From an uncultured Thermoproteales archaeon (GTDB lineage Archaea > Thermoproteota > Thermoprotei > Thermofilales > B20-G17): 58,954 nt of DNA. The notes beneath the pieces were generated by a model. That model was given only the letters and a program-made list of their open reading frames with translations. It was not told where the DNA came from and did no database searches. This document shows, piece by piece, positions 9,641-18,939 of the stretch (within the stretch, counting starts at the first letter, position 1; each line of letters opens with the position of its first letter). Both the position numbers and the translations under genes were made by a program. Location: NCBI GenBank assembly GCA_964522205.1, contig CAZFTG010000003.1, forward strand, positions 24,433-83,386, given 5' to 3'.

Positions 9641-10888
9641 ATGGAATTTAATATAGTCTTCAAGTTCACAAAAGAGAATAGGAATAGTATAGCCTACTTA
9701 CTAGGGGCTCTAGAAGGAAGAGATTTTTCATATAATATAACGCTCTCGAGTAATCCCGTTAATACTATTATGAGACAGAGTGGTAAGAGCATAGTACTCT
9801 ACTCATTAATGGTCACCCAACTTCCAGCTTTATACGAGGAGATAAGAGAATTACATCATTTAAAGAAGAGATACGACTTGGTGATGATATCTGGTGGACC
9901 ATACCCCTCTGGGGATCCTTTAGGAGCTATCAAAATGGGATTTGACTATGTTGTGGTAGGTGAGGGTGAAAATGTCCTTCCAGAACTATTAGAGAGATTA
10001 ATTCATGAAAGATCCATAGAAGATCTAAAGGGTATAGCCTTTAAGAATAGAGGTAAAGTAGTAGTAAGACCAAAAGCGGAGCCTGTAGATCTCGAAAAGT
10101 ATCCCCCTTGCTTTGATAGATTTAGATTATACCCACCTATAGAGATTAGTAGGGGCTGTACTTATAGATGTAAATACTGTCAAGTACCCGCGCTCTTTTC
10201 ATGGACTGTAAGACATAGGAGTATAGACTACATAGTGAAGTATGCTAAGCACTATGCCAAAATAGGTATCAGAAACCTGAGATTTATAGCTCCGAATGGA
10301 TTTGGCTACGGATCTAGGGATGGTAGATCACCATCTCCCAAGGCTTTAGAGAGATTACTTAAATCTCTTAAAGAAATAGGCGATGTTAGAATATTTCTTG
10401 GATCCTTTCCAAGTGAGGTTAGACCAGATTTCGTAACCCGAGATGTCATGGATGTAATTTCAAAGTATGTCTCAAATAAGAGGATAGTGATAGGGGTTCA
10501 GAGTGGTAGTGATAGATTACTGAAGTATATAGGTAGAGGGCATACGGTAGAGGATTGCTATAGAGCTGTAGAGATGGTATTGGAGTACGGATTTACACCC
10601 TATCTGGATTTCCTCTTTGGATTACCTACCGAAAGCGAGGAGGATGTAGATATGAGTATAAAGACAATAAAGGACTTCATAGGTATGGGGGCTATTATAA
10701 GAGGACATACTTTTATACCACTACCCGGTACTCCCTTCGAGAACAGTCCTCCAGGAAGAGTACATCCTAAGCTCAAGAAATTTCTAGAGCACATGACGGG
10801 CAAAGGTGTAGTTAAGGGTGAGTGGAGGCGACAGGAAAAATTAGCACATGATGTTGTCAAAATATTGAAGATGATAAGAGGATTGTAG
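9641..10888 (+). CDS. B12-binding/radical SAM protein (TIGR04013-like)
   Basis: GGPYPSGDP, VGEGE, EISRGCTYRCKYCQ (CxxxCxxC), GSFPSEVRPD, GVQSGS. Confidence 0.88.
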   Translation: MEFNIVFKFTKENRNSIAYLLGALEGRDFSYNITLSSNPVNTIMRQSGKSIVLYSLMVTQLPALYEEIRELHHLKKRYDLVMISGGPYPSGDPLGAIKMGFDYVVVGEGENVLPELLERLIHERSIEDLKGIAFKNRGKVVVRPKAEPVDLEKYPPCFDRFRLYPPIEISRGCTYRCKYCQVPALFSWTVRHRSIDYIVKYAKHYAKIGIRNLRFIAPNGFGYGSRDGRSPSPKALERLLKSLKEIGDVRIFLGSFPSEVRPDFVTRDVMDVISKYVSNKRIVIGVQSGSDRLLKYIGRGHTVEDCYRAVEMVLEYGFTPYLDFLFGLPTESEEDVDMSIKTIKDFIGMGAIIRGHTFIPLPGTPFENSPPGRVHPKLKKFLEHMTGKGVVKGEWRRQEKLAHDVVKILKMIRGL

Positions 10889-10923
10889 TGCTAAGTTGGA
10901 ATTGAATCTTTAGATGATCTCAA

Positions 10924-11472
10924 ATGACACCAATTGAAAAGTATATAAGGTCGAGTTTAGGTGACCACATAGTGGTAAGAGAACAGCTCATCATGGAAGC
11001 ACTAAAGAATATAAGAGGAGTTCTGGAAGTAAGGCTACTGGATAGATCAGATAGGGAGACAATCAGTAGAATTGAGAGAAGATACACTAAGAATATAATT
11101 AAGGGAATAGGAAGACCGAGAAATCTAGGTGTTGAGGAAAGCCTAAAAAGAGAATATGTAGTAGTGATATTCACGACACCGGAATTTGAGTGGTCTAAAG
11201 GTCCATATGCAGTAATTAAATTAGGCGAACACATTATAGGGATAATCGATGAGAACGGTCTCAAATTAATTCCAGATAGACTCAGAACAGCTCTGAGAAG
11301 GGGCATTCCTGAGGTAGTATTCTTACCGCTGAACGTGAAGCTTAAGATACCCGCAGCGCGTAACTTAGTAGTAGCACCTACATCTCCACCTACTGATAAA
11401 TATCTAAAAAAGAAGTTTAAGGTAAAAAATAGAAGGGACATAGGAACTATGTTAATAGGCTTTGATCTATAA
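10924..11472 (+). CDS. Conserved hypothetical protein
   Basis: 182-aa ORF co-oriented with the radical SAM gene; host-like codons. Confidence 0.75.
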   Translation: MTPIEKYIRSSLGDHIVVREQLIMEALKNIRGVLEVRLLDRSDRETISRIERRYTKNIIKGIGRPRNLGVEESLKREYVVVIFTTPEFEWSKGPYAVIKLGEHIIGIIDENGLKLIPDRLRTALRRGIPEVVFLPLNVKLKIPAARNLVVAPTSPPTDKYLKKKFKVKNRRDIGTMLIGFDL

Positions 11473-11599
11473 GGTAAATTCCTCCCAGTAATTTGGATCC
11501 TCCTTCTAACACTACTCTTATATCACTTAACATTCAAGCAAACTCCATCCTTAAAGAGAGTTAGGTATACATTTACAAGGTATAGGGTATACTTTTAAG

Positions 11600-12472
11600 A
11601 TGTATTATCAGCAGATTAGCGAGGTGAGGTCTATACTTAAGGTAGGTATAGATACCTGGATCTATCATCCAGCACTTAGTATCGAGGAGATTCTAGAGAG
11701 GATAAGGAGTCACGGTTTCAAGTATATAGAATACGCCTACGAGCACTTTAAGACCACTAAGGAGCCAGAGAAACAATTAAAAAGACTTATAGATATTTCA
11801 ACCTCATATGATCTAAAGCCCATTCAGATACATGCTCCTTATGGTAATGAAGAATATCAATTAGGGGCAGAAGATGAGAGCTTGAGAAAGTGCGCATTAA
11901 AAAAGATGACAAAATGGTTAGAATACGCAAGTATGTTGAACTGTGAGGTCTACGTTATTCATGTTGCTATGTCAAAGTTTTCGTTAAATCGCTCTAGTAT
12001 TGAGACCTTTGAAAAGCTTGTTAAGAGAAATTTAGACTATATAAGAAGACTTGCTAGGGTGGCCAATGACCTAGGCATCAAGATAGCTGTAGAGAATCCG
12101 CTTCAGAAGACATTTGGAGCAACAGTTACTGATTTAATCTACCTGAATAAATATACAGAACCTGAAATTGTAGGTGTATGTCTCGATATGGGCCATGCAT
12201 TTCTACATGGTTTTGATATAAATAGTATGATCAGAGAGCTAGGAAGTATAATCATAGCTACTCATGTTCATGATAATGATGGAAGATCTGATCGTCATTG
12301 GCCACCTGGCATGGGATGTATAGACTGGAAGTCCGTATTAGAGGCTTTAAAGAGTATAGGATATGATAAACCACTCATACTCGAGGTTGCAGGAAGCGAA
12401 GACCTTCGTATGTGTGAGAATAGAATTCATCTCATAAAAGCGTGGTTAGAGTATATGAAGCTTGAGCTTTAA
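11600..12472 (+). CDS. Sugar phosphate isomerase/epimerase (AP-endonuclease-2 TIM barrel)
   Basis: IHAPY, IAVEN, CLDMGHA, THVHDNDGRSDRHWPPGMG, LILEV. Confidence 0.9.
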   Translation: MYYQQISEVRSILKVGIDTWIYHPALSIEEILERIRSHGFKYIEYAYEHFKTTKEPEKQLKRLIDISTSYDLKPIQIHAPYGNEEYQLGAEDESLRKCALKKMTKWLEYASMLNCEVYVIHVAMSKFSLNRSSIETFEKLVKRNLDYIRRLARVANDLGIKIAVENPLQKTFGATVTDLIYLNKYTEPEIVGVCLDMGHAFLHGFDINSMIRELGSIIIATHVHDNDGRSDRHWPPGMGCIDWKSVLEALKSIGYDKPLILEVAGSEDLRMCENRIHLIKAWLEYMKLEL

Positions 12473-12765
12473 GCTTTTATCTATCTTTTCACGAAAAGTA
12501 GAAATATATAATAATTAAAAGCAGTCATGTTAGTTTACCTTAATCCTTCAGAAGCCAGTGTACTTGGCGAAATAGTGAATTTAGACAGGTCTTGTGAGAC
12601 TTTTCAGAGGTTATTGAGGATATTATTGAAGTGTAAATAAATGAATAAGACAGTTGAATACTAAGTCTATCAGAGTATAAAATCACTCTTGAGGAATGTA
12701 AAGTCTGTTGGAATAATTAGTAATAGTTAAAGTATATTACTAAAACTGTAAAGTTATTTTAATCT

Positions 12766-13596
12766 CTACTTTAACGAGGGAAATGGAGTAGATGTGATGG
12801 GTCTAAACATTTCCATCCTGATCTCTCTACTCTGTAGCATTGCTCTTATCACCATTCTCCCTAGGTTAGTAAGCTCTACCATTCTCTCCCTACCCCCTCT
12901 ATATTTTACTATTAACCCTCTCTTCTCTAATGAGCTCACCACTCTGGAGAACTTGTTTTTTACAGCAGGTAGTTTAGGATCTTCATTACACCATATTATG
13001 AGTTGGGAAAGTGATTTAGCCTTTCCCCCTCTATCGTAGAGGACCTTTAGGATCATTACGGAGACCTCTCTATCTTCTCCTCTGAAAAGATCGAGTCTGG
13101 CCATGTGACCAGGTAACTCTATTCCTTTCGGTTCACGTCCCCTTACATTATCCTTTTCTTCAACCCAATCTTCAAAGGCGGGAGTATCAGGTGGAGGTAT
13201 GAAATCTCCTCTGCTCTCCGCTGGAACATAGTATAGGTACGCCCTAGGAAACATTAAGGCTACCATGGTTGTAGAGGAAACGGCTATAGGGGGCATATCA
13301 GTTACATCTATGAGTACCTCGCACTTATTCTCCTGGATCTCGTTCCTTACAATAGCGTATATAGTAGAGAAAATATTCTCTTGGGATAGTGGGTTAACTG
13401 GTACTAGTCTTGGCTCAAAAAAGGCTAACATCTCTTTTAGTTTATTAGCATTCCTTCTCGACACTCTACCATAGCTGTCATCTTTCCTATCATATAATAT
13501 GTATATCCTCTCTATACCCTTAGTCTTCATAATATGCCTAAGTCCATCTAATATGAGTGTTGGGTGGAAGCCTACGTAGTTTATGGTGATTGCCAT
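12766..13596 (-). CDS. CARF-like Rossmann + winged-HTH regulator (Csa3/DUF6293-like)
   Basis: YVGFHP, IERIYILYD, VLIDVT, LYYVPAE; C-terminal wHTH FSRVVSSLEKRGLIVKYRGGRERMVELTNLG. Confidence 0.8.
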   Translation of the reverse strand: MAITINYVGFHPTLILDGLRHIMKTKGIERIYILYDRKDDSYGRVSRRNANKLKEMLAFFEPRLVPVNPLSQENIFSTIYAIVRNEIQENKCEVLIDVTDMPPIAVSSTTMVALMFPRAYLYYVPAESRGDFIPPPDTPAFEDWVEEKDNVRGREPKGIELPGHMARLDLFRGEDREVSVMILKVLYDRGGKAKSLSQLIIWCNEDPKLPAVKNKFSRVVSSLEKRGLIVKYRGGRERMVELTNLGRMVIRAMLQSREIRMEMFRPITSTPFPSLK

Positions 13597-13640
13597 GGTA
13601 GCTCAACAGTACGCTATATTTGATACTGTAATTATCTATG

Positions 13641-13674
13641 TGTTACTAAAATATATATCTTTCTAACAGTAACA
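13641..13674. promoter_or_regulatory. 7-bp inverted repeat flanking a minus-strand BRE/TATA-like element upstream of the CARF-wHTH gene
   Basis: TGTTACT 13641-13647 and AGTAACA 13668-13674 surround AAAATATATATCTTTC (minus strand GAAAGATATATATTTT). Confidence 0.4.
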
Positions 13675-13684
13675 TTACTTGATG

Positions 13685-13754
13685 TATTGTATCTATTTTA
13701 TGATATCATGATCATCAATTCGTCCATCTTTAATATCATAATATAGATACAATA
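13685..13754. repeat. 22-bp inverted repeat (21/22 match), 26-bp spacer, in the divergent promoter; putative operator
   Basis: TATTGTATCTATTTTATGATAT (13685-13706) versus ATATCATAATATAGATACAATA (13733-13754); single mismatch at 13697/13742. Confidence 0.85.
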
Positions 13755-13856
13755 ACTGGCATATTGGTCTTTCACAAAGTAGGGATATTGTAGTAGAGTT
13801 TGAAATACCATAGTGTCCTTTTTAGCTATTCGTTCGTAAGTAGAGAGAGTGAGAGT

Positions 13857-14894
13857 ATGGTGAAAGTATACGCTCCATGTACTGGGATGACAGAGAAACT
13901 GAGGATAGATGGGATTACAAATGTAATTAAAGAGCTTAAGAGAATGTATAACGCTCCTAGGTCTATGGAGCTTACACTAAATGGAAAGGTTATACTATCG
14001 CCTTATCCTATACTAAGGATAGGTTCTAGAATTCTAAGAGGTTATTACATCTCGTATAGTAGGTTTAAAAGTTTAGATCCCATTCCGCACGCTAAAAGAG
14101 TCCTAGCAGTAGATGCATCTATAAAAGTACTGTACAACTGCGGTCCTTATAAAATAGTAGTATCTAAGATAGCCTGGGGACTATGGAGGGGGTTCAATAA
14201 GAGGATTGGAGGAAAGAGATACGCTATTGCTATAGTCTTGAATAGATCTGAAGCTGCTGAATGGCTTTTAGAGATAGAGCTACAAGAAGTTCTCAAGAGA
14301 GTTAATCTAGTAGGAAAAGGGGACTACATTCTTTTGGATAGAGCTTTAATGGCAGTTCCTGCACTCAGAAGAGCTACTAGGGAGAGATTCGAAAAACTGG
14401 ACAAACTTGTGAATTTGAGAAGAGCTATTCTCGTGGGTATATGTAAATCATCTAGACTTAAGCTAAATACGGGGGAAAGCCTCATAGGATACCTCGCATA
14501 TTTAGCCACAAAGAGATTGAAAGGAGTATCATGGTACTACTATCCTATATTCAGGCACTCTACACTGCCTCCATGGTACATAGGTGACATAGTAGTATCT
14601 AAGTTAGGTGAAGACTCCGAGGAAGTGTTCAGAGTAGATATCTCTAGGAGAGCTCTCCTCACTAGGGATATTGAAATAGTACTTGGAGAGTTAGCATTCA
14701 TGCAAGATCACGGTATTCCTGGATATCCTTACCCCCTAAAGGGGGTACACGATGAGTCTAGAATAAGTGATGATGAATTAAAGTGGATAGCCTTGAGATT
14801 TCTAGATGAACTGAAAGAGGAAGGCATACTAGAGAAGTTTATAGTGACTACTAGATCCTCCTCATTCAGAGAGAGATACTTATGGGGTGTGTAG
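13857..14894 (+). CDS. nurA: NurA-family 5'-3' nuclease
   Basis: LAVDAS, ILLDRAL, VGICKSS, GYPYPLKGVHDESRI. ATG 13857 preferred over TTG 13800. Confidence 0.88.
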   Translation: MVKVYAPCTGMTEKLRIDGITNVIKELKRMYNAPRSMELTLNGKVILSPYPILRIGSRILRGYYISYSRFKSLDPIPHAKRVLAVDASIKVLYNCGPYKIVVSKIAWGLWRGFNKRIGGKRYAIAIVLNRSEAAEWLLEIELQEVLKRVNLVGKGDYILLDRALMAVPALRRATRERFEKLDKLVNLRRAILVGICKSSRLKLNTGESLIGYLAYLATKRLKGVSWYYYPIFRHSTLPPWYIGDIVVSKLGEDSEEVFRVDISRRALLTRDIEIVLGELAFMQDHGIPGYPYPLKGVHDESRISDDELKWIALRFLDELKEEGILEKFIVTTRSSSFRERYLWGV

Positions 14895-14895
14895 T

Positions 14896-16497
14896 ATGAG
14901 AGTGGGAGTAGTAGTATGGGTTGAAGGGCTAACACTAAAGTTCAGAATAGTGGAGGGTGTCAGGATTGATAGGGGGCAACTCCTCAAGATCATAGATGGA
15001 GATAAAAAGTTCATATTAAGAGTCTTTGACTTTAAACCCGAATCCTTACTTACTCCAGCGGAGATATCCAGATTAAGTCATAGGAGAGAACATGGTGAAG
15101 ACGTTATACTCTACGATAAATCACTAAGGTTGTATGATACCGCACTAGCCATTATACTCTGTCAAGTGGAGGAAGATGGAATTGTACATGGACCTACCTC
15201 AGTACCAGCTTTATTTACTGAAGTTGAGGAACTGGATAAGGTAGACTTACAGCAATTAAACCTAGATGATGGAGATATCATATTGGGTACTGTAAGATCA
15301 GGGCATAGAGCTACCGATGTAAGGATTACTATAAAGGGCGATGCCGCATTTCCACATCATATACTCGTATGCGGTGTAACAGGAGCTGGTAAGAGTAATC
15401 TCGGTAAGGTCTTAGCCTTCTCTGTTCTAATGAACCCTGAACCAAAGTATAGTCTAGTACTTTTCGACTCGGAGAGTGAGTATTTTAAGGGTTCTCCTCC
15501 TGACCAGTACGGATTAGCTCACGTACCGGAGTCTGAGGTAAGACTACTTTACGTAACCTCCTCAGTAGATGAGCCTGGTAGGTATACTGTGACTCTCAAT
15601 TTCGAGGGTGATGTCATAGAAAGAAGTATACTAATGCATCCTCTAGAAATATCATATTCTCAATTACACCCACTTGATTTCATACTCACAGGAGATTTCA
15701 CAGCTCCACAGGAGGAACTATTATGGCTAACATGGAAAGTGAAAAGAGATGATTGGTTAAATTTCCTACTAGAATCTCCCTCTTCACTAATATGGAGGGT
15801 TCTGAGGAAGATGATTCATATCAATACTATAAACACAGCTAAGAGGAAGTTAAAGTATATGCTAGGAGATGGTGATATATTTAAACCAGAACCTCTAGAT
15901 ACTCATCTTCTTCAGACGATAGTAGGTTCGGTCGGTAGAGGGAGAGTAGTAATCCTTGATACTCCACATGCTACTGAGGGAGAGGAAAAGCTCCTAGCGA
16001 CTGTAGTAGCTAGAAGGATCTTTAGTATATACGAAGAGATGAAAAAGAGTATACCTAAGGAGTGGAGCAGGCTTCCTTACGTACTCATAATGGTAGAAGA
16101 AGCTCATAAATACCTCTCAAGGAACCCAATCGGTGGGAGTGATTTTAGGGAGAATATATTCTCCATAATAAGTAAACGTGGTAGGAAGTATAAAATAGGA
16201 GGTCTATACATAACTCAGATGCCTGGAGAGCTCATAGAACCCGTTATAAGACAATCTTTAACCAAGATAATACTATCACTACCTACAAAACCCGATTATC
16301 AAAAGATCATCCAGTATAGTCCTTATCTGGATGAGGCTGAACAGGAGATCAAGACCTTAGATAGAGGAGAGGCTCTCCTAGTATCTCCCCCCTCTGGCAT
16401 AAGATTTGCAGTACCGATAACGATATTTGACTTTAACGAACTCGTAAGGTATAGGTTAACAGAACAACCAAGGCAGGAGGTCAGTATGCCTATTTAG
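14896..16497 (+). CDS. herA: HerA/FtsK-family ATPase with N-terminal HAS-barrel-like region
   Basis: Walker A GVTGAGKS, Walker B IMVEEAH, arginine finger KRGRKY, ITQMP. GGGGTG RBS before ATG 14896, 1 bp after the nurA stop. Confidence 0.92.
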   Translation: MRVGVVVWVEGLTLKFRIVEGVRIDRGQLLKIIDGDKKFILRVFDFKPESLLTPAEISRLSHRREHGEDVILYDKSLRLYDTALAIILCQVEEDGIVHGPTSVPALFTEVEELDKVDLQQLNLDDGDIILGTVRSGHRATDVRITIKGDAAFPHHILVCGVTGAGKSNLGKVLAFSVLMNPEPKYSLVLFDSESEYFKGSPPDQYGLAHVPESEVRLLYVTSSVDEPGRYTVTLNFEGDVIERSILMHPLEISYSQLHPLDFILTGDFTAPQEELLWLTWKVKRDDWLNFLLESPSSLIWRVLRKMIHINTINTAKRKLKYMLGDGDIFKPEPLDTHLLQTIVGSVGRGRVVILDTPHATEGEEKLLATVVARRIFSIYEEMKKSIPKEWSRLPYVLIMVEEAHKYLSRNPIGGSDFRENIFSIISKRGRKYKIGGLYITQMPGELIEPVIRQSLTKIILSLPTKPDYQKIIQYSPYLDEAEQEIKTLDRGEALLVSPPSGIRFAVPITIFDFNELVRYRLTEQPRQEVSMPI

Positions 16498-16505
16498 GAG
16501 GATTA

Positions 16506-16784
16506 CTATAATTCAATACCAAAGGCTTCAGCAAAACGTTCTATCTTCTTAAATTCTGATAGAAAGTCAAATCCCTTCTTGGTCAAGTAGTATAAGGTAT
16601 GATCCTCAATCTTCCTCTCAACTATTAATCCTCTGCTTTTTAATTCTTCTAGGTACTTTAGTAGCCTATCATATGGCATATTGGCTTCACACATTATCTG
16701 TGTTATTTTAGCACCACTACTCATCTGCAAAACTCTCATTATATCTACCATAATCCTTATCTTAGATCTTCTACTTTTCCTCAT
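16506..16784 (-). CDS. Small winged-HTH transcriptional regulator (COG3432-like)
   Basis: RRSKIRIMVDIMRVL, ITQIMCEANMPYDRLLKYLEEL, YYLTKKG. Confidence 0.85.
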   Translation of the reverse strand: MRKSRRSKIRIMVDIMRVLQMSSGAKITQIMCEANMPYDRLLKYLEELKSRGLIVERKIEDHTLYYLTKKGFDFLSEFKKIERFAEAFGIEL

Positions 16785-17400
16785 GATACGAGATCACCTT
16801 AGATAATATATAGAGTATCACTAGTGATCCTATGAAGTACGTACATCGAGATGCTATGTAGAATTCTTCTACTAATGAGAGAAGTGCTATTAAATTAATT
16901 ATATGAGCGAAGAGCATAAGAGTGAAACCTATAGGTAGTAATAGAGATCCCCTTTTCTCGCTAAAGTGTATCAGGATGAGTTGAAATATTATATAGAGTA
17001 GAAGTAGTATACTTAGAATACTAGTGAACATATGTATTTTGATCTGTAGTAGTAATGGTAGTATGCTCATCATTTTCTTACTTCTCTTTAATTCCGTAGA
17101 GTAACTTACTGCTATGAAGATGTAAGCTATAACTTCTGATATAGATGATATCATGCTGGAGTAGGTGGATACTAATGCTATAAATATTCTTGCGGGTCGT
17201 AAGAAAAGAATAGATATGAGTACTAATGCATGACTTATGAATCCTGAGGTCAGCATTAAAAATCCTATCGAGATCAGAAGGAATGCTTTCTTCTCTGAAA
17301 TTCTATAAGCCTTAAGTGCATAGTAGCTTACCAATACTGTTATACATCCGGAGATCAGATCGAAGATCATGGTCGATAGATAGAGTAGTAGTCCTGACAT
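16771..17400 (-). CDS. Multi-pass (about 6-7 TM) membrane protein
   Basis: Successive hydrophobic helices; 14-bp overlap with the wHTH gene. Confidence 0.8.
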   Translation of the reverse strand: MSGLLLYLSTMIFDLISGCITVLVSYYALKAYRISEKKAFLLISIGFLMLTSGFISHALVLISILFLRPARIFIALVSTYSSMISSISEVIAYIFIAVSYSTELKRSKKMMSILPLLLQIKIHMFTSILSILLLLYIIFQLILIHFSEKRGSLLLPIGFTLMLFAHIINLIALLSLVEEFYIASRCTYFIGSLVILYILSKVISYHEEK

Positions 17401-17517
17401 ACCCTTAAGCTATTTAATTTTGCTAATATTTAAGAGTAAGTGTTAAGAGTAGTAAGAATTCCTCCCTAAAACTTAAACTATAAATACTTAGAAATCTATA
17501 GTAGAAAGGGTGTTCTC

Positions 17518-18213
17518 TTGAGTAGCCCTACGGTAGAGGATTTCCTAACCGAAACTCCAGAAGCTGGAGAGGTATTAGCACTCTATTTAGGATTCTCCGG
17601 AATACTTCTAAAAAGTATAGACTTTACAATAGCATTCGATATCGCAAACCTGCTTAAAAGTGGGGTTATAAATAGGCTAAAAAGGTTAGATGTACTACTG
17701 TACACGCATGAACACTATGATCATTATCATCTAGAGACTGCTATGAGGGTTTTCGAGACACTAGCCCCTATAATAGTGGCGGAAGAAAAAGTACATAAGG
17801 ATCTCTCACTCTACATACCCTCAAGTAGTCTTCTACGAGCATATCCAGATACCACTATCAAAATAAGAAACATATCCATAACCACTATAGCTGGAAGACA
17901 TGTAGGCCCAATAAACCTATATCTACTTGAGATCGAAGGAATGAAAATATTTCATGGTGGAGATTCGGGATATGTAGATTTATCCAAGTACTCAGCTGAT
18001 ATAGCCATACTACCCACGGGATACCCCTCGCCAACAGCTAGTCCTGAAGATGCATTAAGAATGGCAGTAGACCTCAGGCCTAAGATAGTTATTACTACAC
18101 ATGGAAAGAAAGAACAGATGGAGAGATTTAGGAGAATGATAGAAGATGAGATCCCTGGGATCACAGTATTCACTCCTGATAAGGGGGATGTCTTAAAATT
18201 CAGAGTACGGTAA
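17518..18213 (+). CDS. Metallo-beta-lactamase-fold hydrolase
   Basis: YLGFSG, THEHYDHY, GRH, FHGGDSG, ITTHG. Confidence 0.88.
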   Translation: MSSPTVEDFLTETPEAGEVLALYLGFSGILLKSIDFTIAFDIANLLKSGVINRLKRLDVLLYTHEHYDHYHLETAMRVFETLAPIIVAEEKVHKDLSLYIPSSSLLRAYPDTTIKIRNISITTIAGRHVGPINLYLLEIEGMKIFHGGDSGYVDLSKYSADIAILPTGYPSPTASPEDALRMAVDLRPKIVITTHGKKEQMERFRRMIEDEIPGITVFTPDKGDVLKFRVR

Positions 18214-18297
18214 TAATATAGAAAATATGTAGAGAAGATAGAGTATGATAGTATATAGCATGTTATATATTTCATCTATTATTATCTAAGGATTTAA

Positions 18298-18939
18298 GTG
18301 ATGACTGTGTACCCTGTAGAGGACTTAGTAGATCGGCTTTATAAGAATAATATAATATTGATAGGTAGGTTTAGACTTAGTTCGGGTATGGAGAGCCCAT
18401 ACTATATAGATCTTAGAAGAGCATACTCCAATCCCCCTCTTTTCAAGCTCATAGTGAAATCTCTATTAGAGGTCTTAAAATCTATAGAAAAGGAATTTGA
18501 TATCATTGTCGGTATAGAGACTGGAGGTATACCCATAGCGTCTGTACTATCCTACACTATGGGAAGACCCTTTGCATACGTGAGAAAAGGGACTAAAGAA
18601 CATGGTACTAAGAAAATAGTAGAGGGGACAATAAATCCTGGAGATAGGTGCATCATAGTCGATGATGTCGTAACCACGGGAAGTAGTATAGCTAGAGCAG
18701 TCTCCATCCTTAAGAATCTAAGCGCAAGAGTTGACTATGCTGTAGTCTTCATAGATAGAGAGCAGGGAGCTTACGAATTATTAAGTAGTATGAATGTTAA
18801 GTTACTATCAGTACTAAGAGTAAGCGTACTACTGAAAACACTACGTTCTCTTAATTTGATAAATGAGGAAACCTATCATATAATATTGAATTACATACAT
18901 ACTGCTAAGGTAGATCGTAAGTCGGGGGAAGAGGTATGA
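18298..18939 (+). CDS. pyrE: Orotate phosphoribosyltransferase
   Basis: [37 protein letters not shown]. Confidence 0.95.
   Translation: MMTVYPVEDLVDRLYKNNIILIGRFRLSSGMESPYYIDLRRAYSNPPLFKLIVKSLLEVLKSIEKEFDIIVGIETGGIPIASVLSYTMGRPFAYVRKGTKEHGTKKIVEGTINPGDRCIIVDDVVTTGSSIARAVSILKNLSARVDYAVVFIDREQGAYELLSSMNVKLLSVLRVSVLLKTLRSLNLINEETYHIILNYIHTAKVDRKSGEEV

Noticed and set aside
13857-16497. Calling nurA-herA the canonical double-strand-break resection operon or a CRISPR accessory module
   Set aside because: No mre11/rad50 adjacent and no cas genes or array in the window. A repair role cannot be excluded without the rest of the genome.
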